From: Hemiscyllium ocellatum
Lineage: Eukaryota
Length of the DNA stretch: 64,000 nt
Direction of reading: 5' to 3'
NCBI RefSeq assembly: GCF_020745735.1
Contig: NC_083402.1
Span: 80,738,004-80,802,003, forward strand
The position numbers were made by a program, and so were the translations under genes. The notes under the pieces were generated by a model. That model saw only the letters and a program-made list of their open reading frames with translations. It was not told the origin of the DNA and did no database searches. This document shows, one piece after another, positions 35,906 to 47,804 of this stretch; positions within the stretch are counted from its first letter, which is position 1; the number at the start of each line of letters is the position of its first letter.

Positions 35906-36450
35906 AGAAATAATAATGGGGAGCTGGTAAATGGCAGAGGAGATGAATAAATTCTAAGCATTAGTCTTCACAACAAAAGATACGAATGCCATTCCAAGAT
36001 TACTAAATATTCAAGGGGTAACAGGATGAGAGGAAGTAATAATCACTGGAGAAAAATACTCTTGAAACAAATAAAGACCACTAAGTCCCCTAGACCTGAT
36101 AGCATACAAACTAGGATATTAAATTAAATAAAGTAGCTATAGAATTCGTTGATGCACTGGTAAGAATTTTCAAAGACGCCTTAGTTTCTGGAAAGTGCCA
36201 GATGTTTGGAAAACTGCCACCGTAACATCTTATACAAATGGGAAAGAGATCAATAAAAGGGAAGTATAGGGCAATTAGCTTAACATTTGTTAGTGAGAGA
36301 ATGTTAAAGAGTCTATTGTAAAGGATGGAATAACCAAGTATTTAGAAATGTATAATATGATCAAACAATGTCAGAATGGTTTAATGAAGGGAAAATCATG
36401 CCTGACAAATTTATTAGAATTCTTCAAAGAGATAACAAGCAGAGGAAGCA
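35906..36450 (+). mobile_element. Decayed CR1-type LINE, RT N-terminal region
   Basis: Degenerate KSP.PD, YR.ISLT, Q.G...GKSCLTNLLEFF motifs. Confidence 0.75.
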
Positions 36451-37071
36451 GTCATTCAATCATTATGCCTCAATCATTCAATCCCTCCACTTGAGCTCCC
36501 TGTTTTCCCAAACACAGCAGTGCCACAGATAACACCCTCGCTCTTAATGTTTACTGCCCAGTCTCCCAGGACTGATTCTGGCTTACACCTGAACAAACTT
36601 TGAAGAACAGCCCCAACTAAGGACAACTGAATCCCAACTGGTTTCTATGCCACTTTTCAACTACATACTGATAATCCCCACATTGGTTGGACCTGACCTG
36701 AAGGACTGACTGTGGCCCAAAACAACCACACATCTGCTCCTGACCCCACCCTGACTGAGGTTGGATGAAGTCCTTAAGTGATTGCGGCAGCAGCTCTTAC
36801 TGACCATAGTTTCCTTTTATTTAAGATTACGTCCCTTAGATTTTCATACGTGGCCATTTGGTTGAAGGACGTGCAGTGTTTGGCAGGTAACTTGATGGCA
36901 CCTGCCGAAGAAGCGATATCGGCGGAGCATAGTCAGGATGTATAAATAAGTTTATTCAATATTAGATTAGTGTGAATGGGTATTTCATTTTTTTTCTCAT
37001 CTTGTTAAACAGTGTTAATGTATTTCAAATAATAATAGAAATTAACCAACAATAGAAATTTTAAGACTTAC

Positions 37072-37162
37072 CTTAAAAAATGTATCTTGACATAGTAACA
37101 TGCTGTTTGGAAGAGCCTTCCTAAGTTTGCTTGCAAGTGTAGTTTTTCCACCATTTGTGATT
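37072..37162 (-). CDS. NMRK1: NMRK1 coding exon 2 (ITNGGKTTLASKLRKALPNSMLLCQDTFFK): P-loop and catalytic Asp36
   Basis: ttcag|A ATC ACA AAT GGT GGA AAA ACT...TTT AAG|gtaag; 91 nt; completes Walker A GITNGGKT; visible in ORF 37042..37293. Confidence 0.95.
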
Positions 37163-37199
37163 CTGAATTTAAAAAAAGACCACAATAATTTTTCTTTTG

Positions 37200-37545
37200 T
37201 TCTTTGATGGGATGTGTGTATCATCTGCATAGTCAGCATTTGTTGCCCATCCCTGACTACCCATGAATTGAATGGCTTGCTGGGCCATTTCAAGGCAGTT
37301 AAGAAGCAACCATATTACTGCAGAACTGGAGCCACATATTGGCCAGACTTGGTAAGGATGACAGATTTTCTCTTTCAAGTACATTAATGAACCAGATGAG
37401 CTTTTACAACAATTCATGATAGGCGAACCATTACCATTACTGAGATGAGTTTTCAATTCAAGAATTATTAAAATTCCATCATTGTAGAATTTGAACTCAC
37501 GATTCCAAAGAGTAGCCTGAGTTTCTGCATCACTCAACTAGACAT
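37200..37545. mobile_element. Old SINE/LINE-tail-like interspersed repeat next to NMRK1 exon 37072-37162
   Basis: catttgttgcccatccct...attaatgaaccagatg...gtagaatttgaactca; the last motif recurs at about 37880-37905. Family not identified. Confidence 0.4.
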
Positions 37546-40439
37546 CAATTGCAAATTGCAATTAGATCATACTTTGCAAACTTGCATCAATGCTCTGGAG
37601 TGCCATCAAAATGTTGTAATAGAAAGGTACCTTCACAATTCACAGAAATAAACTACAGCGCTTTTGCTCCAGATGACCCTTCCATTGCAATGATTCTCTC
37701 ATTCCCACCCCCTATCCCCATCCCATACTCATCTTGGCCAGTTATAACCTGGAGCTTCATTGGGATTCTCATGTGACACCCCACAGTTTGTTAAAATTAG
37801 GCTGTAGTAGTTACATCATCACTATTACTGAAACCAAATTTTTATTCTAGATTTATTAACTTAATTTAAAATTTCCATTTCCTGTAGTGGGATTTAAACT
37901 CATGTCTCATCAGTCTACGATTTTGGCTTTCTAATCTCGTCACATATGTTAAGGTTCTCCATATGTTTTTTATGTTGCTAGTACTTCACATTTTATTCCT
38001 CCCCATAGATTCAAAACTGTTCAGAACATATACACATGATTTGGATGTGGGGACTAGTTGTAATATTTCCAAACTTGCTGTTGACACCAAACTGGAGTTA
38101 AAAGGCAGTTACATAGAGGCTTCAGAAGTACTTACATAGGCTAAATGAGAACATGGCAGCTACATTTCATGTGTAAACCAACACTGAATCCAGAAGTTTT
38201 TCACATGTCCTAAACCAATATGGTCGTTTGCAGATTATAGTACTAAACAACAAACAGATGCCTCAATAAATCAGAGAATTAATGCAATAGCACATGAGTA
38301 ATGACTATAAAACCTGCTCAATTTTTATAAAGCTCTAACTGGCTCACAAGTGTTCTTCAGGGAATGGAACTTTTCAACACTTCAGACTTGTCCACATATG
38401 ACTCCAATTACAAGCAGTTAATATAAGAACGTTAGATATAGGAGCAGTTATAGACCATTTGAACTTTTGTGCTAGCTCTACCATTCAACATGATCATGAC
38501 TGATCTTCTAAGTCAATTCAACCTTCCACACTGTCCACATAACCTTCGATCCCTTTAGAATCAAAAGATATATTAATCTCTTATATGAATATGTTCAATA
38601 ATTGAGGATCCACAAATCAAATATTCTTGAGTGAAGAAATTTTCCTTCATTTCGGTCCTAAATGGCCAACCCTTTATTGAGAGTCAAGATTAGAGCAGTG
38701 CTGGAAAAGCACAGTAGGTCAGACAACGTCCGAAGAGCAGGAAAATCGATGTTTCAGGCAAATTTTCCTCTATCTCAACTATGGAAATTCAGAACTGGTC
38801 TATTCAATCTCTTCTTGTTTCTCTAATTGCTTCCTGTTCCGACACTTTAACTTTCCATGATTTTTGTAGAAAAATATTCCAGTGCAGGCCAGAATATCTT
38901 TGAGGCTGCTAATAATCAATCTATAATAAAAAAACTTATAATAATGGCCATACTACTTAAATATCTTGACAGGGTTATGACTAGGCATGAAGAAATGGAA
39001 CAGTATTTCTGTTCATCCCTCTTTGTTTAATAGTAAGAGTATTTTTAATATTTGAAATTTAGATGTACCAATCCATTGTATGCACCTCACAGATAGAAAT
39101 AGAAAATACAAAAGAAACTCAGCAGATCTGGAAGCTCCTGTGAAAAGACAAACTAAGTTAGACTTTTGAGTCCAACTCGATATTTTTTTTGGGAACTGAA
39201 TTTCGGGAACATTTTCATGATCACAGCTTTATAGTTCGATTGAGCTTGAACTTCCCTGCAAAGCCTGGCAATTCTAATCAGCTTGATAGTGCCAATGAGT
39301 TTATCACCTTTTACACATATTCATGTCTACTTTTAACAATCAGAAAGCATCCTTGAACTCGCCTAAAGAGCAGATTACTACTCACAGAAGTGTCCCTCAA
39401 TCTATCCAAAATAGATACTTATCGAAAGAACTCCAGCAGATTTCAATCTTCTAACAGGTTTAGAGGTCAGTGGACATCGTAGGTTTTGGACATCACAATT
39501 ACAAAAATTGTTTCTGCTTGGGGGCAGCAACACCAAGGCAAATGCCTCTCTAAACTAGTACAAATCTGTCCCTATTTTCTCTTCTCCAAAACTCATGGAT
39601 GCCCAATTCAACGGCAAGATTTCTGGGAAGTGGGATTCTGTTGCCATATCAACTAAGCCAGAAACCTTTTCCATTTTTACAAAACTTCAAGTCAAAATCT
39701 AAAAGGAGCAGGCAGTCTCCCTCCTGCACTGTCAAACTTGGTATGAAATTGAAGTGAGTTTACCTCGGAAACACTAATGACATGTAAATTCAATGCCTGG
39801 CGAGATAAAGCAAAGAAACACCAGCATCAGTAGCAATAAATTTTAGATGCTAGCGGACAACCAGTTACTAATAAGGAAGGAAGGAAAGCTGACCTCGAAG
39901 ACAGAATGCAATAATAAAATATTAGAAAGCATGCTCAAAGAACCAAAAGAAAATGCCAGTCAGTGGTGATAACAAAAAATAATAAAATAAACTTGGCTTT
40001 TACAATTTATATCAATGATTTAGATGTGAAAACTAACTTGCACATGACACAATAATTGATAGAAAGGTATGTTGTGAAGACGACTTAAGGTTGAGACTTA
40101 GCAAAATTTTGGCACATGGGAGTACAATATGGGAAAATGTGAAATTGTTCACTTTGGTAGAAAGAATAAAAATGTGGAGTATTAAACAGAAAACAATATC
40201 AGAAAATGAACCTGTAGAGGGATCTAGGTATTCTCGTGCATGAGTTGCCAACCCAAACAAAGCAGTCTTCCAATCATGGAACTGTTTTCTCTTCTATAGC
40301 CACATTACGTCAAGCTACTGTAGTACAACCAAGTGTATCTCTACAGATTACTTCATACCTCTTCAGTAATCTTACAAGATCCTCCTGCTGTCCTTTCTCT
40401 AAATATGAAAATGCAGTTTTTAACCGTCACAGTGTTTCT

Positions 40440-41250
40440 GTGTTAGCTCGTCGAACTATACGAAGTTCGCTTTGAGAACAGTGTACCTCTCCTTCTATCT
40501 CATTCCCATTAGCTACATCATCTTCCATTACTCTTATTATCTGATAACTTTGTTCGTTTTTATGCTTTTTCCTATAATAATATGTTTATGTAACAAAATT
40601 GATTCTTCTTCCTACAATCAGAAGTATTAATCAGCTCAGTTACTTGAATAACCCTTCTAGCGACTTTATACAGGCCAGTGAATTTGATTTTCAATGGTTC
40701 ATCTTGTAATGGTAACAATTCCAATACTTCATCTCCCACCTGAAATACTTGGTTTGCTGAATCGTTCTCTGCCCATTCTTTCATTTTTGCCTGTGAAAAT
40801 TTAAATGTTTTGTACCACCCTACATGCTCCTCGAGTCTTTTTAGAAACATGGACATGTAATCCAACATTGAAGTTCACTTTTCTCATTTAAGAACTTGTC
40901 CCTAATTACTTTTAGCAGCAATCTAATCTCATGACCATAAACCAGTAGATTCATTTTGCGAATTTCTGATCGCAAATGCCAACATATCTAATCCTTTGCC
41001 CCAATCCTGTGGATACTTGCGACAATATGCTTTAATCATGGTTTGAGTGTCTTACAGCACCAATCCAATACCTTCACCTTGTTATGCTTTTATTCATCGG
41101 TAATTGGACTTTTGAATTTTTCAGCTTCCTTAAATTGAGGAACCGTTGCCTATATATCTCAGGGACTAACTCATAGGCAGTCCATATAGTTTTTTTTCCA
41201 CTGTATTATAATCCTGAGAAACGTCATCTCACAGCAAAACATAAGCTAAC
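40440..41250 (-). mobile_element. Decayed Gypsy-type LTR retrotransposon integrase
   Basis: ORF 40572..40868 FQVGDEVL.LLP....LKIKFTGLYKV (GPY/F-like); upstream TMIKAYC...DWGKGL..LAFAIR. Confidence 0.7.
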
Positions 41251-41369
41251 TATTGTGGACAGCATCAAGTGATGATTGCTGCTGGCAATGCAGCTGCCAA
41301 AGACACAGGATAGCCAAAAGACCTGGGTCACAGGAGAGTGAGAACAGGATGGAAGTCATGAGGAACAGT

Positions 41370-42010
41370 CAGAGTCATACAGATATACAACACAGAAACA
41401 GACCTTTCAGTCCAACTCATCCATGCCGATCAGATATCCTAAGTAAATCTAGTTCCATTTGCCAACATTTGGCACATATCCCTCTAAACCCTTCCTATTT
41501 ATATACCAATACAGATGCCTTTTAAATGCTGTAATTGTACTCGCTTCCACCACTTCCTCTAGCAGCTGATTCCATGCACATACCATTCTCTGCGTGAAAA
41601 ACTTGTTTTGTGAATCCCTTTTAAATCTTTCCCCTCTCACCCTAAACCGATGCGCTCTAGTTTTGGACTCTCCCACCGTGAGGAAAATACCTTGTCTTTT
41701 TATCCTATCCATGCCCCTCATGATTTTAAAGACTTCTATAAGGTCATCTGTCAGCCTCCGATGCTTCAGAGAAAATAGCTCCAGACTCTCCCCACAGCTT
41801 AAACCCTCCAACCCTGGCAACATCCTTGTAAGTCTTTTCTGAACCCTTGCAAGTCTAACAACATCTTTTCTACAGCAGGGAGACCAAAATTGAATGCAAT
41901 ATTCCAAAGGTCGCCTTACCAACGTCCTGTAGAGCCGCAACACAATATGCCAACTCCTGTACTTCATTCACTGACCAATAAAGGCAAGCATATCAAACGC
42001 CTTCTTCACT
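41370..42010 (-). mobile_element. CR1/HER1-like LINE 3' end
   Basis: ORF 41449..41967 LYRTLVRRPLEYCIQFWSP...FFTQRMVCAWNQL. Confidence 0.9.
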
Positions 42011-42629
42011 GGTCACTGACTAGGGAATGGAAAGCAGATAGCTGTAAGAAAGGGTTGATGGGTTTTCAGTAGCCCAATGTCATCTCTCTCAATCAGACAT
42101 GAACAAGTAAAACCTTCCCCTTCTCAACCTGCCAAACCACAAGCCCTAGGATTAGTCTTTGGGCTTCTCATGTAGTGCCTGTCCCATCCACTGCTGGTTG
42201 AATAACAGCTATGGCTGGATTAGATCTTTAACTGGACATTTAAGAAACTTTAATCAGCAGAAGCAGAGGAAGAGGAGTCCACAAAGTGTATCCTCTGTCC
42301 TGCCTCCAAATATGTCTGTTAAGACGGCATTAGATTCCACATGCTTTTCCAATTGCTGTTAAGGCTAATCTAAGGCCAAAAACATAAGATTCATTCTAAC
42401 CAATCCAGTAAAGTGTTTAGAAAAAGACTTGGCTATCCAGAGCTAAAATGTGGTTAAAATATGGAACCTGCTTCCACATGTAGTTGAGACCCTGAGTATG
42501 GATGTTTTTAAAGTAGGTAGAAAGTATTAGGGAGACAAGAATACAACAATACGTTGATGGGATTAAATGAATAAAGATGAAAGGAGTACTACAAGCACTA
42601 GTACAAATCTTTTTGGCCTGTTTCTGTGT

Positions 42630-42832
42630 TGGTTAGCTCAGTTGGCTGAACAGCTGGTTTGCAATGCAGAAGGATGCCAACAGCATAGATTCAATTCCCA
42701 TACCAGCTGAAGTTAGCATGAGGGTCCCAGTTCTCAACTGGGCCACTCACCTGAGACATGGAGACCCTTAGGTTAAACTCACTATCAGACATTTTTCTCA
42801 AACAAGACAGCAGACCTATGGTCTGCAACTTT
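42630..42832 (+). mobile_element. tRNA-derived SINE (non-V family)
   Basis: A-box TAGCTCAGTTGG and B-box GATTCAATTCC about 50 nt apart, followed by a non-tRNA body. Confidence 0.6.
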
Positions 42833-42995
42833 ACCTCACTGTGTAATATGTTATAAGTAATAATTCTAATTTTTTTTTAAAGTTGCTGTGAAAATAGTTT
42901 CATCTTACAAATACGGGGAAAGTAAACTCAAACATGTTCTTTCATCATGTAAGCAACAAACTTAGTAATAGTAATTTAAATCAACTTATACTTAC

Positions 42996-43024
42996 CCTCC
43001 AATTCCAACAATAAATGTTCTCAT
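42996..43024 (-). CDS. NMRK1: NMRK1 coding exon 1 (MRTFIVGIG-G); whole exon 42996-43099 including upstream leader
   Basis: ATG AGA ACA TTT ATT GTT GGA ATT GGA GG|gtaag; acceptor tttctttttag at 43100-43101; 29 coding nt in phase with the next exon. Confidence 0.92.
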
Positions 43025-44122
43025 TTTGATTTTCAAATGACCTTGAATTAATCTTGCTACTGAATTCAGAAGGCAGTGGTACACGAATCTTGCTGTCACC
43101 TAAAAAGAAATGGATATTTATGCTTATGCATTTGTGCAAGCTCAATGAAATTGAGGCGAGTCTCCAACTTCTGTTACTTTTTCATTTCTTACTTCCTTTA
43201 TCTTAGAGCTCTCAATCAGTGGTACACAAATGTTTAATTTTGCTATCATTCATATTACATGGCATTGACAACATTCCTTGTCAACTCAGTCTCCTGTTTC
43301 ATGGAAGGATTTAATCAAGTCAACCAAACATTTTTCATTTTAAAAATCCAAGTAGATGTGCATTTATTAGCACATACTTTTCCAATGCTAATTAACCTTA
43401 TCTTGGATTTTTGTTTCTAAAAGCATTACATCTTAGTCGACAGAGTTTATCTCTCTCCTCAGTTTCCATCAGGATGTAGGATCTGCAAACTTTCAGAACT
43501 TACACCACTCTCATTTCCAAGAACTTAAATGATAGTACTAGCGTCACTGTAATTCACAACCTTAGGTCTTTCAGTAACTTAGGATGCAACTCATCCCAAC
43601 TTACTACTTGTCAACCTTTTAATTATCTTTATTGTTAAGCTATCTAATCTCACTGCAACCTCGTACCTTACTGTTAAATTGGGAACATTCTCTTCTTGAA
43701 AAGAAAAGGTGCAAACACTCACTAAATGGGCTACATTTTATGGGGCAGTGTGATTTCACTACCAATTCCCTCGCTAAACAATGAGGGAGTCTGCCAATAC
43801 TGCTACACAGCAACTTAACAGCAGGAACAGTATTAAATTATTTTTTGAGAGACTCCTGCCCCAATTTTGGGAGCAGTTCCTGACAAACGATCAGATCACC
43901 TGCAACTCAACAGGCTTGGCAGCACCAGTCAGGGTAATGGTTACAGGTGGGAACACAGGTAGTCTCAAGTGCTATGGAGCAAGATTAACTCAGCACTGAA
44001 GGTCTTAGCGAAGAGCACATGGGAAGTTGCTGTTGGGAGGGTGGGATGGTGCACATTCAAGAGGCTGCAGGAACGTTAAATGGGAAGAATGAGATTATGG
44101 GCAGTTGGTTTTGGCTCCGGTT

Positions 44123-45415
44123 GGGTTGGTGACGATTCGCCGCCGATAATTAGCCACTGCCAGTTCTCCACCAGCGTTTCTCCACTGGGGTCATTTAACC
44201 TCTGGAGACGATTCACCACCGGAAATATGTATATGTACTGATTGCTTTCCCTCTCAACTGTTCTTTCATACTTCTCATTCCCCTTTATTTACACAACTAC
44301 ATACTACATATTGATTAAAAAAAAGAGGTAAAATAAATATCATTTCATTGGTTTATATATAAAAATGAGTTACAAATGTTAACCAGAAAAAGGAAATATA
44401 TTTTAAAAATCTTTATAATGGCAGTAAAATCTCACATTAATATTAAACAATGAAATTTTAGTTCATTTGATAGTTATGCGCTATTTCTCTAAGATATTCC
44501 AAATAATCTCTTTCACTGTATTCAAGAACAATTTTTTGTATTCTATCGTCTGGGTCTCCTATCATTCCTTTTTCGTCAAATTATTTTCTTCATGTAGCTT
44601 GTCGTCGGTAAAGATGCTAGGACTGAATGAGGGACATCAGCTACACATTAGTTTCTAATGTGTAGCTGATGTGTAGCTGATGTGTAGCTAATGGGCGGCA
44701 CGGTGGCACAGTGGTTAGCACTGCTGCCTCACAGTGCCGGAGACCCGGGTTCAATTCCCGACTCAGGCGACTGACTGTGTGGAGTTTGCACGTTCTCCCC
44801 GTGTCAGCGTGGGTTTCCTCCGGGTGCTCCGGTTTCCTCCCACAGTCCAAAGATGTGCGAGTCAGGTGAATTGACCATGCTAAATTGCCCATAGTGTTAG
44901 GTAAGGGGTAAATGTAGGGGTATGGGTGGGTTTCGCTTCGGCAGGTCGGTGTGGACTTGTTGGGCCGAAGGGCCTGTTTCCACACTGTAAATCTAATCTA
45001 ATCTAAAAACACTATAAGAATGTTCACATCGTCAAAACGTAATGCTTGAATTACTCTTGGACAGTTTATCAAAAACATATATAAAACCATCGTGGCAAAA
45101 CTTCTTATTTCCATGTTTACTAATAATTTCTGTTTCCATTTTGAAGACTTGAGGGTAAATGGAAAAAAAATACAAGCTCAAAAAAACTCTCCTGTAACAA
45201 AAATAAGTTGTTACTGAAGCAACGCAAACACAACCTTAACCAATATAATGACAATTTTATATCATTTAGATATGCTTATTCTCTAACATTTTAAACTTAT
45301 TTGCGGTGGCGAATCATCTTCAGTGGCCAATGGGCGGTGGCTAAGCATCCTCGGTGGTCAAAGGGCAGTGGCTAATTGTTGGCGGCAAATCTGCTGTGGC
45401 GAATGGTCCCATCCC
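44123..45415. mobile_element. Non-autonomous DNA transposon (MITE-like, possibly Mutator-type) with a V-SINE inside
   Basis: ~100-bp imperfect inverted termini (gggttggtgacgattcgcc...aattagccactgcc vs ggcagtggctaatt...ggcgaatggtcccatccc); AT-rich interior; flanks gctccggtt / actccagtt. Confidence 0.6.
44693..45005 (+). mobile_element. Young V-SINE / HE1-like SINE
   Basis: Full GGGCGGCACGGTGGCACAGTGG head, GGTTCAATTCC B-box, V-domain, (aatct)n tail. Confidence 0.92.
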
Positions 45416-47096
45416 ACTCCAGTTAGCCCAGGGGTAACTCACTTCCCTTGTTAAAGCTAATGGACCTCCCTTCTTTATTACAGTTAATGCACTTACTAGG
45501 GCAATTTGAGGCCCTTAAGTAAACAATAATTTGCCTCCTATAAATGTCAGGCCTTGAGGGCCAGAGGGGGTGTGGATATGCAGCAGGAAAGTTAGTCACA
45601 GAAATGAATTTGCTTCCCCATTTTCAAATGTAAAAAGGGATGCAAAACACACCCCAGTTTCTCATTTGTGCATTCTGCTCACACAACTATGTCTCTTCTT
45701 TTGTTACCATTGGATATCCATATCTCAAAATGCATCATCCCATCAAATGGTCTCTTCATTGTGTGACTTTTGATTTCTACCATGACAGAATGAACAGATA
45801 GCGGCTTTGACAAGAATCACTTTAGTGGTTGCATGATGCAGCGCATCTCATCTCTAAGGCCTGAATTTAAATTTGAAAAAGACGGCAAGGATAAATCAGT
45901 GATCTTCAGACCATATCACAAAAGTGTCTATATAAAACACAAAGGGTATGAAATTGCAATTTTCACTCAAGGGAAATCACAATGATTGCTAGTAATGGCA
46001 ATAAAAATAAACTAATTTACAAGGAAAAACGCTGTTGAGGCGAGGTCAGTGCATTCTGTTGACAATGAGTAGATAGAGCATTTTTAGCATCAATCCCAGC
46101 TTATATTTGATATCTTTAAAGTTGATGGAACAAAAGAATACGCAAAAATGATTTTTGTGCTGAGGAGTAATGCACCTTCAAGAGTCCAACATTTCTTTTT
46201 AATATCCATAAAATGATAAGGGTTTTTGCCAGTCTGAATAATGGTACTCTTAAGTGAAAACAATGCACTTTTATTTTTATTTGATCAAATGTGAAGTATT
46301 CCAAATATAGAAATCCTCCAAATAGGTTTTCTGAAAATTATCTCTGATACATTCCATTTTGTATATCAAATTAATTTCTTTTCTAATTAGGAATATCTAA
46401 TGCAAGATTTCAACGTTTTTCTTGTTTCTGTATGACTTCCAAGGCTGTTGTTATTCGGTAGCATTCTCTTGTGCTGTCAACTCAGGCTGACAACAAAACA
46501 ACCCAACAAGAATGGCAAGCAACCTTTGCCGTTGGACAAAGTAATTGTTCAGTAGTTAATTCAAGATAATTTAGGAGTTTTAAATCATCCTGAGAATGTA
46601 AGGATGGCTATTAATCTATTTGCAAATTGCTTTATGATTCTGTATTTCTGACAAATCATTGACTTCTTGAATTTTTTGTCAGATCATACAAATGTCTGTA
46701 CTGTTATTTGCAGATTTTATTTTGATCTTATGTTTTTACCATCAGAAATCTTTGGCTGTCTTCATTTTTAAGAAACACATGATGCATATCAGTGCACCCT
46801 GCACAATTTCTGGCATATTATAGGAGTTAAAAGTGGACGGCATTGCAAAGTAATTTATATAAGATGATGAACTGAAAATCTATGTGAGCTCCTGCATCAC
46901 AATAACCAATTTATATTCACTTTCAGCTGTGATTGCTAACCTACTTTATATAGAAAATACAAATACAGAGCAGAATTGGACAATTTGGCCTCTCAAATCT
47001 GCTCCACCATTCAATAAGAGCATTGCTGAACTATTTGTGTTTTGAATTCCAGATTCCCATCGACCTTGGGGTGAACCTCTGCAGTGCATTTTGGAA

Positions 47097-47395
47097 ATTA
47101 GATTAGATTAGACTTACAGTGTGGAAACAGGCCCTTCGGCCCAACAAGTCCACACCGACCCGCCGAAGCGCAACCCACCCATACCCCTACATTTACCCCT
47201 TACCTAACACTATGGGCAATTTAGCATGGCCAATTCACCTGACCCGCACATCTTTTGGACTGTGGGAGGAAACTGGAGCACCCGGAGGAAACCCACGTGC
47301 AAACTCACACAGTCAGTCACCTGAGTCGGGAGTTGAACCCGGGTCTCAGGCGCTGTGAGGCAGCAGTGCTAACCACTGTGACACCGTGCCGCCCA
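47097..47395 (-). mobile_element. Young V-SINE / HE1-like SINE
   Basis: Reverse complement of 44693-45005; ORFs 44641..44985(-) and 47119..47358(+) begin with the same spurious peptide. Confidence 0.92.
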
Positions 47396-47804
47396 CAAAT
47401 GGTACACATTGTTGTTATTGTATGTTGCTAGTAGAGGAAATGAATATTTGTAGATGTTGTGCCAGTCAAGCAGGCTACTTTGTTCTGGACACTGTCAAGC
47501 TTCCTGAATGATTCTGGAGTTGCACTCACCCAGGCAAGTGAGGAATATTCTCTCACACTCCTGACTTATGCCTCGTAGACGATGGATAGTCCTTCGGGAG
47601 TCAGAAGTTGAATTACTCACTGCAGCATTCCTAGCCTCTGGTCTTCCTTTGCAGCCACTGTATTCATTGGCTAATCCAATTCACTTTCTCATGTTGTGGG
47701 GAAAGTCACCAACCTCAGAGTCGGGGTGCAATGACAGAGTTTATTATACAAGGAAATAGCAAAGCTCCGGGAAGAGAAAGACATCAACAGAGGTCAGCTG
47801 CAAG

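Noticed and set aside
42630-42720. tRNA gene suggested by A and B boxes (also at 1330, 3680, 44693)
   Set aside because: No complete cloverleaf; each continues into a SINE body and tail.
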